From assembly GCF_006345805.1 (NCBI RefSeq), contig NC_043004.1, positions 85,560,001-85,624,000 on the forward strand: a DNA stretch of 64,000 nucleotides, given 5' to 3'. The stretch is from Octopus sinensis. Taxonomy: Eukaryota. Each line of letters opens with the position of its first letter. Position 1 is the first letter of the stretch. The notes under the pieces were generated by a model. The model was not told the origin of the DNA. It ran no database searches and saw only the letters and a program-made list of their open reading frames with translations. Shown in pieces: positions 39,761 to 53,608 of the stretch. The position numbers and the translations under genes were made by a program.

Positions 39761-41057
39761 GGCGGTATCATCTCCCTAGAGGCACCCAGTGGAACTGGAA
39801 AAACATTCTTCGTGAATCTTCTTCTTGTGGAGTTGTGACATAAAGGTGACCTTGTTATTGCTATTGCATTCCCAGGAAGAGCCTTGACTCTTCTCGACGG
39901 CGGACGAACAGCACCCTCTACCTTCAAATTGGCTTTCAATGTAGCACACCAAAAAAACCCAAACTACTGCATAATGCATTCCTCGGACGAAGCGACAACT
40001 TTGAATAAGTGAAAACTCATTGTTTGGGATGAAGCAACTATGACTCATAAATGATCCCTACAAGAACCTCATACCACAATGTAAGACCTTAGATGAAACG
40101 GCAACATCCTTGGAGGTGCGACCCTATTTCCTGCAGGGGATTTTCGACAAACTCTGCCTATTATACCCAAAGGAACACCTGGTGATAAGCTTAATGTCTG
40201 CCTTTAAAGAATTCCCTCCTTTGGTCGCATGTCCGATCGAAACAACTCACCAGCAACATGAGATCACTCCGACACACTGGTCACCTAAAACCCAGTTTTC
40301 GAAAATGCTCCTTAAAATCGACAATGGAAAATTTCATCCGATGACACCGGAGGCATTGAAACTACCAGTATTGACCAAACTGAATCCAGTCCTGGTTCCT
40401 TATCTTCTGCCGTTTGCCTAAATATTACAACGGAATACATAAAACAAGAGCGGCTTCCCGACAGGGTTGTTCTTGCACCTACAAAAGCAGCTGTGATCAC
40501 TTTTAACCACGACTTACTCAGCTACCTTCTCTAGACGTTGTTACAGATCAGTTGACACCGTTACATATCTCGATCAGGTTAAACATATTCCAACAGAATC
40601 TCTCAACTCACAAGATTATCCAGGACTCTCACCCCATGAAATTCACTTAAAATTCGGTTGCCCTGTCATCCCCCTACGCAATCGAAACGCACCCATACTA
40701 TGCAACGGAACTCGCCTTGTGGTCAAACAAATGATGGACCACGTCATTGAATCCCAACCTTTCATGGGACACAGCAAAAACGATACCATTTTTATTCCGA
40801 AAATTCTGCTAACCCCAACAGACTTCCCCTAGCATATGCAGAGGCTTTGGTTCCCTCTGAAACTCAGCTTCGCCATGACAATTATCAAAGCACAAGTTTT
40901 GTCGCTGAAAGTTGTCGGATTGGAGCATCAAACATCGTACTTTTCACATGGACAGATCTACGTCGTTTGTTCTAGAGTTCGCCATCCAGACAACTTATTC
41001 ATCTATACTTCTGAAGCAAAAACAAAGAATCTCGTCAACAAAGCAGTCCTACAGTAG
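39761..41057 (+). pseudogene. Helitron RepHel PIF1-like helicase domain, decayed
   Basis: APSGTGKTF (motif I), GGRTAPSTFKL, IVWDEATM (II), GDFRQTLPII (III), VLAPTK, LRNRNAPILCNGTRLVV, FAMTIIKAQ, SHGQIYVVCSRV (VI), stop at 41057. Multiple stops and frameshifts. Confidence 0.92.
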
Positions 41058-41366
41058 TTATTCCTCATATGCAGTCTTCTCATCTATGCCGTTAGCAATC
41101 AAGTAGACATGGTCCCGGGTCGCGACAGCTACAACTGGATTTAGGATCTTGCTATTGACCACATGTAATGATACTCTTCATATGCTGGCTTCTCAACACA
41201 AAATCATACACACACAAATGCACACGCACATACACACACACATACACACACACACACAAGCATTGTATGTATATATATATATACTATGTAATTAAGGGTT
41301 TAGCAACAATTTGCCTCACCACACACAGAATTTAGAAATAGCAGTCAAAGAGTTATGGCTATTCTT

Positions 41367-41990
41367 TCTACTTATATATGAAACTGAGAATGTGTGTCTG
41401 TCTGTCTGTCTGTCTGTGTGTTTCCCTAAAACTTGAGAACTACACAACCAATTTCATTCAAATTTTACACATGCCTTAATAAGGGTCCGGTGAGTGTCAT
41501 GGGAAAATTAATTTTTAACTTTTTGCCTAGGGCGAGCCCACAGCAATATATCTTCTCCACTATGAATCCCTAAAACTTGAGAACAACACAACCAATTTCA
41601 TTCAGATTTTACACATGCCTTACTTAGGGTCCATGTCGTGCCATGGGCAAAAAAAAATTCTAACGTCTTGCCTAGGACGAGCCTACAACAATATCATATC
41701 TTCTCCACTATTTCAGTATTACGTGTTAAAAGTAAAACAAAAACATCTCTCTATTGTAATGTCAGATACTTTCACTTTAATACTGAAACTATTAAAGTCA
41801 AACTATTATATAAGAGGGATGAATCCATTAACAGTGGACATCCATTTTGCTAAAAGAAGATCCGCTATGTTCTTGTATGCTACACCACTGGTTTTCAATT
41901 CATATCAATCAAATTAATATTCAATTTCTCACACTTATTATTTTAAATTTAAATTTAAACTCAGAACCATGTGTTTTGGAACGAAGTTTG
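41367..41990 (+). mobile_element. Non-autonomous Helitron-like 5' portion with 2 internal ~144-bp repeats
   Basis: 5' TCTACTTATATATGAAACTGAGAATG + (TGTC)n. Repeat units start at ~41422 and ~41566. Homologous to 45018-45690. Confidence 0.65.
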
Positions 41991-42212
41991 TTACCAACAC
42001 CCACACATGCACCTATGTATCTGTGTGTGTGTATGTCTGTGTGTATAGCTGTGTATGTGTGTATAGCTTTATATGTATACATTTATTTCTATACATAAAG
42101 ATGTATATGTATACATGCATATGAATAGGTGTGTGGATATATATATATATATATATGTACACATATATTATCATATATACATGCATACATATATACACCC
42201 ATACACACACAC

Positions 42213-42595
42213 AGGTGCAGGTGTAGCTGTGTGGTAACAAACTTCGTTCCCAAACATATGGTCCTCAGTTCAGTCCCACTGTGTAGTGACTTGGCATGTG
42301 TCTTGTGCTATAGCCTCAGACCAACCAAAGCCTTCTCAGTGGATTTTGTAGACAGAAACTGAAAGAAATCAATCGTATATATAAGTATGTATATATGTAA
42401 GTCTGTGTGTGTGTCTTTGTGTTTCTCCAAAATCACTGCCTCACAACTGGTGTTCGTTTATTTACATCCCCATAACTTACTGGTTTCACAAGAAGAAATT
42501 GATAGAATAAGTACCAGGCTTATCAAAATTAAAAAAAAAACGCTAGCCTGTATCTCATATTTTTGTTTGGCCGCACAATTTATCTTTGTGTGTGT

Positions 42596-42660
<65 letters not shown>

Positions 42661-42900
42661 GATAGATAGATTTCGTAGACAGAAACTTAAAGAAATCAAT
42701 CGTATATATATGTAAGTATATATTTAAGTGTACGTGTGTGACTTTGTTTCTGTGTTTCACCCTCATCACTGCTTCACAACTGCTCTTCGTTTATTTACAT
42801 CCCCATAACTTACTGGTTTCAAAAAGAAGAAACTAATAGAATAAGTACCAGGCCAATCAACATGAAAAAACCACTACGCTGTGTCTCATATTTTTGTTTG
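42213..42900 (+). mobile_element. SINE family B, degenerate, with tandem duplication of its 3' half
   Basis: GTAGCTGTGTGG...GTTCAGTCCCACTG head. The segment TTTCG/TTTTGTAGACAGAAACT...ACATCCCCATAACTTACTGG...GAATAAGTACCAGG occurs at ~42345-42520 and again at ~42670-42855. Confidence 0.65.
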
Positions 42901-43012
42901 CCCACTCAGTAGTATCAATCAATTTATCTTTGCATGTGTGTGTGTATATATATATATATATTTATATACATATATATATACATATAATACGCACTCACGC
43001 ACGTACGCATAT

Positions 43013-43060
<48 letters not shown>

Positions 43061-44640
43061 ATATACATATATATACATGTATGTATATGTGTACATTAAT
43101 ATTTATTATATCAAAGACAATGTCTTTATGTGTTCGTGTATTACTTATACATTCGAAAATTGCTGCACCGATCATAATGAAATTTGTTACAAAATCCAAG
43201 CCTAGGGAGAAGGGTAAATCTGTGTGTTTCATACGTCATGGACCAAAATTATTGAATGGATCCCTATGATATTTGAAACTTAGATTCAATGAATAAGGAC
43301 GGGCATAATGCAATATGTTTGGTTTGAATTTCAGATGGCTTAAATTTTCGATGTTGAGGAAATTTCAACCATGGGTTATTGACACACATCAAGAAGTATT
43401 CTCAAAGTTTCCACTTCACATGAGGATTCTAAGACACCCAAATGGGGGCCTTAACTCCCAAATTTTAGTAATTTCTTTTATGATCCAAAACTAAATCAAA
43501 AGTACTGAATGGATCTTTATGAAATTTGGAAATTATATTCGATGCATAAGGGCCACAACCTTATATATGACAATGCATATATTTTTGCTGTTGATGAAAT
43601 TTTAACCATAGATATTAGATACAAATAAAGCAATATTTATAAAATTTCATCTTATTACAAGTTATAAAGACCCCTCCATGGGGACTTAACACCCACAATT
43701 TTGTCATTTTATCAAAGCAAAAACGAATACAGTTGTGCTCTTGGAAGCTGTAGGGTTACCCGAGCATAAAAGTTGAGCATTATTTCTAATTCAATGGTAC
43801 AACAATGTAACAGTTTGCTTTGACATACACTTACATTGTGATTTCTGCAATGTGCTGCATAAATTGTCAAGTAAATGGGAGGCATCTTTGCCTCCACTGA
43901 TTCAGTTGCAAAGTGTTGAGTAAAGTTATTTGATTGCAGATCTACTTCCCAGATGAGTGACTGGTTATTCAAAGACATTTATAGATTGTAAAATTATTCT
44001 GTCCAGTTACATATCAGTACAGTAGTCATTTGCAAACTTTCATTTCTCCTTAGCCCTCACGTCAGACAGTTGTTAATGTTTATTTCAGTTGGGTCACGCC
44101 CTTCCAATTGCTATAGTTTCATAATACATCTTACAGCTGTGCCTGTCACCCTGATGATGACGAATACTACATTGGGAGTCATAAGGTTTAGGGTACTGTA
44201 GCTGACTGCTTATTGTGATCACTCGTCTTTTGGTTTCCTGTAGCTTTGCTCTCTTTTACAAACCCAGTGAACATATATTTCCTATTTCAAAGAAATTCAA
44301 ACAACAGATATAAGACCCAAGTAAAATAGATACTCAACAATTCAACTTCTGTGGTTAATATTAAGATGCCCACCTCCAATAGGGGCCTTCACTCTCACTT
44401 TTTAGAGCTCTATGACCTTCATTTTTCAGGAGCAAATTCTTTTTAACAGGTTCAATAAAACTGGAAGTTTGGAATATGGGCATAAAAAATATGGGATATA
44501 TGTGGAACGATTACATTTTTTGGGGGTCTGTAAAGAGGAAAATAACCTTCATCTGCAATTTTGATGAAATTCGAAACATAGATATTCCAGTTCATTAGAA
44601 AAAATATAACAGAAAAGTATAATTCTTCATTTGTATGTAA

Positions 44641-44667
44641 CACGGGCAGCGCCGGGTATCTCTGCTA

Positions 44668-44668
<1 letters not shown>
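44641..44668 (+). mobile_element. Helitron 3' terminus (GC-rich hairpin + CTAG)
   Basis: CACGGGCAGCGCCGGGTATCTCTGCTAG followed by T. Matches the canonical subterminal hairpin plus CTRR end. The probable 5' partner lies at ~43100 or 41367. Confidence 0.7.
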
Positions 44669-44732
<64 letters not shown>

Positions 44733-45017
44733 GAGAGAGAGATAAAAAGGCGTTTGTGTGATAGTGTATAGATGGATATATATTATGCAAAGGAATTCCA
44801 ACACTGTTTTTTGTTTTATTTATATTCTTTATAATATTAATGTAGAATATAGAATGTATAGTGTAAGTAGTATATATAGTAAAATGTAATGAAGTATTGT
44901 GTTATTGAATAGATGAACTATTGAATATCAAATATTAAGGGGCTAGTATACTTTCTTGCATTAAAGCAGTCTTCAAGGTCCCAGGTTGTGACAGGAGTGT
45001 TTCAATACATATATCTC

Positions 45018-45690
45018 TCTATATATATAAAACTGAAAATCTGTGTGTGTCTGTGTGTCTGTCTGTGTGTTTCCCTAAAACTTGAGAACTACACAACCAA
45101 TTTCATTCAAATTTTACACATGCCTTACTTAGGGTCCAGGGAGTGTCATCGGCAAAAAAATTTAACTTTTTGCCTAGGGCGAGCCCACAGCAATATCATA
45201 TCTTCCCCATTACGATTCCCTAAAACCTGAGAACTACACAACCAATTTCATTCAAATTTTACACATGCCTTACTTAGGGTCCAGGGAGTGTCATCGGCAA
45301 AAAAATTTAACTTTTTGCCTAGGGCGAGCCCACAGCAATATCATATCTTCCCCATTACGATTCCCTAAAACTTGAGAACTACACAACCAATTTTATTCAA
45401 ATTTTACACATGCCTTACTTAGGGTCCAGGGAGTGTCATCGGCAAAAAAATTTAACTTTTTGCCTAGGGCGAGCTCACAGCAATATCATATCTTCTCCAT
45501 TACGATTCCCTAAAACTTGAAAACTACACAACCAATTTCATTCAAATTTTACACATGCCTTACTTAGGGTCCATGTAGTTTGATGGGCAAAAAACAATGT
45601 TCAACTGCTTGTCTAGGGCGAGCCCATAGCTACGTGTTAAATGTGAAACAAAAACATTCCGCTATTTTATGTCAGATACTTTCACTTTAA
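45018..45690 (+). mobile_element. Non-autonomous Helitron-like 5' portion with 4 x 145-bp internal tandem repeat
   Basis: 5' TCTATATATATAAAACTGAAAATC. TTCCCTAAAAC recurs at 45071, 45216, 45361, 45506. Confidence 0.75.
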
Positions 45691-47425
45691 CAATAAAAAT
45701 TAGAGATAATAATAACAAGTGACTTATATGTAGTAAGTAATAATTAAAATCAAACTAAAGTATAATATAATCGTAACATAACAAAAGTAAAAATAGCAAT
45801 TTTTACTATTGCATCAATGACTTGAATTTGAATAAGTGGTTTCACATGAATGGGAATAGATTAAAAATAAAATTAGCGTGCAGAAATGGAATAGTCCAAA
45901 GGGAGCTGTGCACATACCGTTTACCACGGCTTTTACATTAGATTTTCTGCTAATTAGCTAGCATTAAGTATCTATATGAAGTTTGGCTGTATGTAATGTC
46001 TGTTTTTTCGAACAGCCACTTCTACTGAGTACTGCTGTTGGTTTATTTCTTATACACAAAGGACTATAGCTTCAACTGCGTACTGCTTTTTGATTCACCG
46101 CAAGGGTTGTTGTTATTATTATTACTGTTTAACTATTGTTATCACGTTTTTGGGTCCTCGTAAGGGAAACGATGTTGTGTCGCATTTGTTAAATAATTGT
46201 AAACTGTAACCTATCCCCTTTGGGAGAAGGAGCCTTGGTTATTGTTTAAAAATTGAATTGTGTCCCTGTTTGGGGAAATTGATAATAATTTCACCGTTTA
46301 TACGAAATCATTTTTGTTAGAATGCCTTCGATAGAAGAAAGTCCAAAAAGGAATTTCGCTGCAGCCGTCGGCAGGCGCGAACTCATTAAAATTAAAATGG
46401 AAGAAATACAAACCTATTTCGGACTGATCACCGACAAAGATGGTGAATCTAGTATAACACCAACAAACGAAATAAAATAAAAAATTAAAGAAAAGACTAC
46501 TGCCTATAAAGTATACAATGTAGAGAAAAAAAGATTTGAACACCTAGAGGAAAGCACTGTCGAAAAGTGTCTTGGTGCGACTATGAAAGACATGTAACCA
46601 GAGGCGGTAAATTCGCCACAATAGAAGCAAGGTTCGACTCAAACCTTACAAAGTGGAAATATTTTATTTTGACCTATATATCTGGGACGTAGGACGTCTC
46701 GGAAAAAATTTAAAATGCCCCCCAGCCTCCAGAAGTACAGGTAGGCTGGATTGTAGCCACACTTCTATACAGGAGGGAGGACAAGATACAACTGATCGAA
46801 ATTGCAAGAGACGGGCCTACAATTCCAGTCTGTTATATATTTTGAGTATTGTTATCACTAGCGATATCAAGATATAATTTTGTATTTTGCACTTTATGTG
46901 TAGATTTATATAGATAGATGTACATGTAATATGCACACATATATATACACATATATACATGCACTAGCACTATGACTCGGCAACGACTGGTATTAATGCT
47001 AGTATATATATATATATGTATATATATATAGAGAGTGTGAGTATGGTTAGGCAGCTTTTTAATGATCATTACAAATGTTTCGATACATATAGATCTACGT
47101 ATATATACAGGATTTGAGTGTATGTGTGTGTGTATGCGTGTATATATGGAAACACTCAAAGATGTATGGTATATCGGTGCGTAAGTGATTCTATACGTAT
47201 GAGCTATTGGACGAGTGCATTTAGCGTAATAATACAATTTGGCATGTGCAGAATAGCATGTCTAAACTAAATAAGCAGACAACGTGCACATTGCCGCTCA
47301 TGTCAAACGTGTAATAACACTCTCAGAGCGAGCGGCTTGAAACCGTCAGCGTTTGTTAATTTCAAATACGCCATGGATGTAATAGCATTGAAATCAAAAT
47401 TTACTTGTTGAGATAGCGATTAAAT

Positions 47426-47559
47426 ATCGCCCGAGGAGATGCGTGCGGATCGTATCATACAGGTAAATCGTTACGTAATTTAATTTGATTTTAATTTAAA
47501 TTAAATTTAAATTCTGTACATATACGTAGATCTATATGTATCGAGACGTCTGTAGCGGT
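47426..47559 (+). ncRNA. Decayed type I hammerhead with long stem II (two core substitutions)
   Basis: Stem I ATCGC/GCGGT; core CCGAGGA (U4>C); stem II GATGCGTGCGGATC/GATCTATATGTATC; GAGAC (A14>G); GUA 47552-54. Confidence 0.5.
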
Positions 47560-47876
47560 CATTCAAAAGCTACCTAACCGTACTTATTCTTCTTTTTGAC
47601 TCTTTTACTCTTTACTATTTATTTTCACACACGAGGAATACCTAAGACTGGAACTGATAGCATACCATTAGTATAGTACCAGCTATTTGGGAATTCTAAG
47701 GGTGAACGAGCTCTAATATGTTCTTAACGGAAACAGCCTCAACTATATATATAAATACAATATACGGTAAATTTAGGGAGACTACTTGATAAGTGTAAGA
47801 ACCTGTATACGCCAGCTAGTGGCAGAGGTGAGAGGGTATATATCAAATGAAATCAAACCCAGAACACAAACGATGT

Positions 47877-47969
47877 CGCGGTACACGTGTTTCAAGCTTT
47901 ATAAACGACCGATTCTTACATCAGTGTATAGTAGATATAAAAGACGGTTTAAAGATCTCTTCAGCCGCA
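47877..47969 (-). ncRNA. Type I hammerhead ribozyme motif with long stem II
   Basis: Stem I TGCGG/CCGCG; CTGAAGA 47964-58; stem II GATCTTT../..AAAGCTT; GAAA 47893-90; palindromic CACGTG; GUA 47884-82. Confidence 0.78.
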
Positions 47970-48150
47970 TGCATTGTTATTCCAAAGAGTTACATCACCC
48001 TATGAAAAATATGAGAAGTACATGTAGTATTATCCATAATAATAGGTATATCATATTTTCCTGAGAAAGTGTATTTGTAAAATTTCACAGCCAAATAGGC
48101 GTGTAGAGTATCATTGGATTTTAAAAATCTGTCCATACTGTATCACCAGT

Positions 48151-48203
<53 letters not shown>

Positions 48204-48487
48204 ACGGGATTCTGCACATATTACGTTCACCAAATTCACCTATACGTCATTAATCGTCAGGTAATAAACAACGCTTTCACGATGTATGCCTTACTGGTCC
48301 TGAACCCAAAACAAAGTGATTATGAAGCGATCTTCTAAATCGCACATCGTAAATCTTTACGTTTGAAGCGTTTTAAAAATAACTACAATATTTTCTTTCA
48401 TGTTGTGAAACGTTTATCAATACTATTTCTTGATTTAAAGTTAATAATTTAACAGTTTAATAAATAAAAAAAATGCAGGAATGGCAT

Positions 48488-48870
48488 AGGCGCAGGAGTG
48501 GGTGTGTGGTAAGTAGCTTGCTAACCAACCACATGGTTCCGGGTTCAGTCCCACTGCGTGGCATCTTGGGCAAGTGTCTTCTGCTTTAGCCCCGGGCCGA
48601 CCAGTGACTTGTGAGTGGATTTGGTAAACGGAAACTGAAAGAAGCCTGTCGTATATATGTGTATATATATATTCATGTGTGTGTGTGTGTGTGTGTTTGT
48701 GTGTCTGTGTTTGTCCACCTAGCATTGCTTGACAACCGATGCTGGTGTGTTTACGTCCCATAGAATAAGTACTGGGCTTACAAAGAATAAGTCCCGGGGT
48801 TGATTTGCTCGAATAAAGGCGGTGCTCCAGCATGGCCGCAGTCAAATGACTGAAACAAGTAAAAGAGTAA
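48488..48870 (+). mobile_element. SINE family B, near full length
   Basis: AGGCGCAGGAGTGG.TGTGTGGTAAG (A-box), GGTTCAGTCCC (B-box), internal (TA)(TG) tract, 3' ...GACTGAAACAAGTAAAAGAG. Matches 55100-55510 in reverse. Confidence 0.85.
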
Positions 48871-50379
48871 ACCAGAAACGAAATAATGTTCGATGTTTCA
48901 AACCATAAATTCTTATTTTACTATTTATTTATTTGCATTGTGAATATATATTTTTTGTGGGGGCGGGAGGGGTATAAAGTGTGTAAATAAATATTTTGTA
49001 TTTACAAGTAAGTATTCGTTGGTTTAGATTCTGAAAATTAATAATACTTTGTTTCAGTTTCATTATATTAATGATGCCAACGAAATTACAAGCGTGAACA
49101 ATTTGTATTTAAACACTTCTAATGTGAACGAAACACATTTATAAAATTATGTATATCGAAATTTTAAAACCCTAATACTTATCAGAGCTTGATTATAATA
49201 TTTTTCTTTGTTATATAAAAGTTGTTTTTTTTTATTTTTTGGCACCTTCTAAATTTCCGATTTTCGAAAAAATTAAATAATTAGAGAGATTTGAAATTAA
49301 GTAAATACGAGTATATCTACACTGGAACGAATAAGTGCCAAATAAGTTGTATTAATGAAAGCCAACATAATTGCCTACCAAAAACGTGCCTGCTTAATTG
49401 CATACGCACAGTAATTACATACCTGAAATTAACTAGATATACATATGTACGTGTGTATGTGTGTGTGAGTGTATGTGTTTGCGTGCGTGCCTGTGTGTCT
49501 GTGTGCCTGTGTGTCTGTGTGCTGTGTGCGTGTGTGTGTGAAAACATACGGTGAAGCAGGTATTTTTCTGAGCATAATTAGATACTTAAAATTACCTGTG
49601 TAGCTGTGAACGTAATTGCGTTGCGTGTGATATTTGTTAACACCTCTGCTTAATCATTTAGTATGCTTTTGTCATTACTTAGTTAATTGGTTAATTAGTT
49701 TATATATTTTTCTTAATTACTTATTAGTTAGTTAGCTAGCTATTTCGTTTATTTCATTCTGTCCATACTTACTCTTTGCTAACTCAGTTAATGTTTTACA
49801 GGTATGCAAATTTGTATTAACTGAACCTAACACATAAAAACTTTTGTAATTTTTCTTTGAAAATGACTTTTAAATAAAATGCTTATTACTGTTCGGTAAA
49901 TTACACCTGCCTTTTCATATTTTCTTAGAAATATATGTTTGGTGTATATTTGAAATTTATAAACATATGATATTTGCATTTAAAATGTTCAGTGTTTCAC
50001 TTCCTGAAATATGAAGTTGTAGATATCTCATTTTTTTTTCAGTCTATTAAGAGAAGGTAAAATTTATTTATAACAAGAAAGCAGAACATAATGATATACT
50101 GCAAATGCAAACGAAATATATTTTTCATACAATATTACCACTATGTTTGCAAATAATCAGTTTATATAGGTGCATATATATGTATATATAGTCCATACTC
50201 ACACGCACGTACACACACGACATGTACTATTACTCACGCATGCACGCTCACATATATATACGTAATATATAGAAGCATATATATTCATACATGCATATGT
50301 ATATATGTATGTATATATATATATATGTGTGTGTGTATGTGTTTGTATGTATATATATATATATATGTATATATATATG

Positions 50380-50413
<34 letters not shown>

Positions 50414-50434
50414 ATATAATATATATATATATAT

Positions 50435-50521
<87 letters not shown>

Positions 50522-50702
50522 TACAAATTTATATGAATAAGGATAAGATCGTTCTTTACAATACCGATCTTATCAGGTGGCCAGCATGGGAATAAAAACC
50601 TCAAAGGTAATAACTACTATTAAAAGTATAAGTAAGGGTATCTAAGAGATACTACCATGCCAAATATAGCAGCCAAAAGTTGACTCTAAAACCGTATATG
50701 TG

Positions 50703-50737
<35 letters not shown>

Positions 50738-52899
50738 CGTGATATTCTGTGTATAAATATATTGTTTGTTTTTTTTACACTCGAAACACGTCGTTAATTT
50801 CCTTCTCTGAAAATTTAGAAACCTATTGCTTCGTTTACATTTTAGTAAGGATGAAAATACAGTTAAACGTGTAATCAATGAAGATTTACTATATTTAAAT
50901 ACCTAACTGCAAATTAAATATATTTACATAGATATAATACACTAATAGCGCTAAAATTAACTGGAGTTATCAAATAATGCATATTTAAACAATTCTTCGG
51001 ATAGAGGAAAATATAAAAACTAAACCGATATGCATTAGAACAATGCTATTGTAAATAAATTCATCTCTCTTTTATCTTATTTCCTGCCTAGTGATAATAC
51101 CATTAACCGACATATTAAACCAGGATGAACTCTGATAGAAATGTTACGTGATGACAAAGAACAATCGTTCGTAAATATATATTGCAAATGATTAAAACTA
51201 AAAACAATCAAATAAAAATAAAAACACTGCAAGAGATAATATATGGTGTTAGAAGAGAAATTGGTATAAAATGCGTATTAGGAAGTGCGCTAAGTAACCA
51301 TAAAGATAAGAAAATTAGAAAAACAACACTAATACGGTGCTAGATAAAAGAAAGAGAAAATAATTAGGACAAATACAGGATTACAAATGCTTTGGAATCA
51401 ATAAAAGAGAGTACAGCACCAAAAAAAAAAAAAACGAAAGAAATGGTTTGGAAATATGATTATATACACATTAGACTTATACTTGAAACATACCTAAATG
51501 AGAAATAAAACAAGGTAGGAATTTTGTGGTTTTAGTAATAGGTTATTGGTATATTCTCACTTATATGCTATATAGATTTTTTAGAGCATGAGAAATGATT
51601 ATTGCGCATCAAATGTGTCACCCAATATTATGTAAGATACGTAGAGATAAAAAGAACAGCAAAAATGTTTAGTAAAGAACGGCAGACTACCAAAATAGTT
51701 CGTAAAGAAAAAAATGGTAAACTAAGATAAATAGATGAGTAACACGAGCAAATCATAAACTGTCGTTTTCTTTCTGTAAGGAAGTTGACAGATACAAAAC
51801 AGACGCTGAACAGAGAAGCAGTTTTGTGGAGAATGAAGCAATAAGAGACACAAAAAACAAAATAAATAAAACAAATAACCTAAAAATAGTACCAAACTAT
51901 ATCATGCAGAAACTGTAAAATGAGAAGCCTTTTCATGCCTATTAGCCGAAACAAAAACATGGAGGCATATAGGAAAAACACAAATAGTAAGACTAGCTGT
52001 GAATCGAAAGACTTAAAGGTGGTATTCAATGAATATTTGTTTCTACGTGAAGCCTTCCTTTCGTAAACTTCCGAAAACATGTAAATATAGTGCATACATT
52101 GGTTAAAACTGCAGAATAAGTAGCGGTTAGAAATAAACACTTGACAACATTGTCTCTAATACACCAGTCTTAGCCAAGAAAGAATGTATAGAAAAGCATG
52201 ATATAGTGCAGTATTCAAGCATTTGGAATTATTCCAAACACATAAAACATCAACAGAGAAGTGATATTAACATGAGAATGACAAAAACCACTATATTGTA
52301 AGATTACCCAACCGATATAGTGACGAGTCGTTATTATTGAATAGATAAATATCCATGTTAAGGAATATCGGAGAAGCGGTGTCTCCTAATCTACGCATGA
52401 TACCCAAAAGACGATAATGTATCCCTAAGAGAAATGAGGTAGCTATCAGAAAATGAAGATCTTGTGGATAACAATGCAAATTAAGATATAAAATGGCTCA
52501 TTTGTTTTGCTATAGATTACACTGGGCAAATAGAAATTGGTTCGTAGAGTTTTGTCTGTTGAGCTGCTGTCTTTGTAATGAACATGTGTGTTTTGTTGTT
52601 TTGCAGCGGCGTTGTTTGACGTCTTCCTTCTTGTTTGATGGGGAAGCGTCGTAGGTTTGTGTCCTCGTAATGGAATACGAAGGTTTGAGTTCTTCTTCAG
52701 ACTTTACGTTGTGTGAGGTAGAGCTGGTTCAAAGTCTGAAGAGAACAGACGAAACAATGGAGGTGAAGAATTATGCAGAGGTGGTGAAGGAAAAAAGTGT
52801 AACCACTACGCAATATGCCCACAGGTATATGGCATAGTGGTTAAGATCGCGGTCTACTAACCCCAAGATTCCGAGTTCGATTCCAAGCAGTGACCTGGA

Positions 52900-53512
<613 letters not shown>

Positions 53513-53562
53513 ACATCGAAAAATGCCTTAGGAATGAGAAACCAGGTTCGAAACTTCCCCAA

Positions 53563-53608
53563 GACGCCTGAAGAAAACTGGAGGGTATATCAGCCGAAAC
53601 GTTGTGTT
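53563..53608 (+). ncRNA. Minimal type I hammerhead-like motif, stem II partly decayed
   Basis: Stem I GACGC/GTGTT; CTGAAGA 53568-74; AAACTG-GAGGGTATAT-CAGCC (CTG/CAG paired); GAAAC 53596-600; palindromic AACGTT; GUU 53601-03. Confidence 0.6.

Noticed and set aside
52686-52760. CTGAAGA...GAAAC and a 12-bp hairpin (TCTTCAGACTTT/AAAGTCTGAAGA)
   Set aside because: No valid stem III or cleavage triplet. An isolated hairpin of unknown meaning in a possible LINE ORF1 start.
52823-52896. Functional tRNA gene
   Set aside because: Only 4 acceptor pairs are evident and the T-stem does not pair. Treated as a tRNA-derived promoter head.
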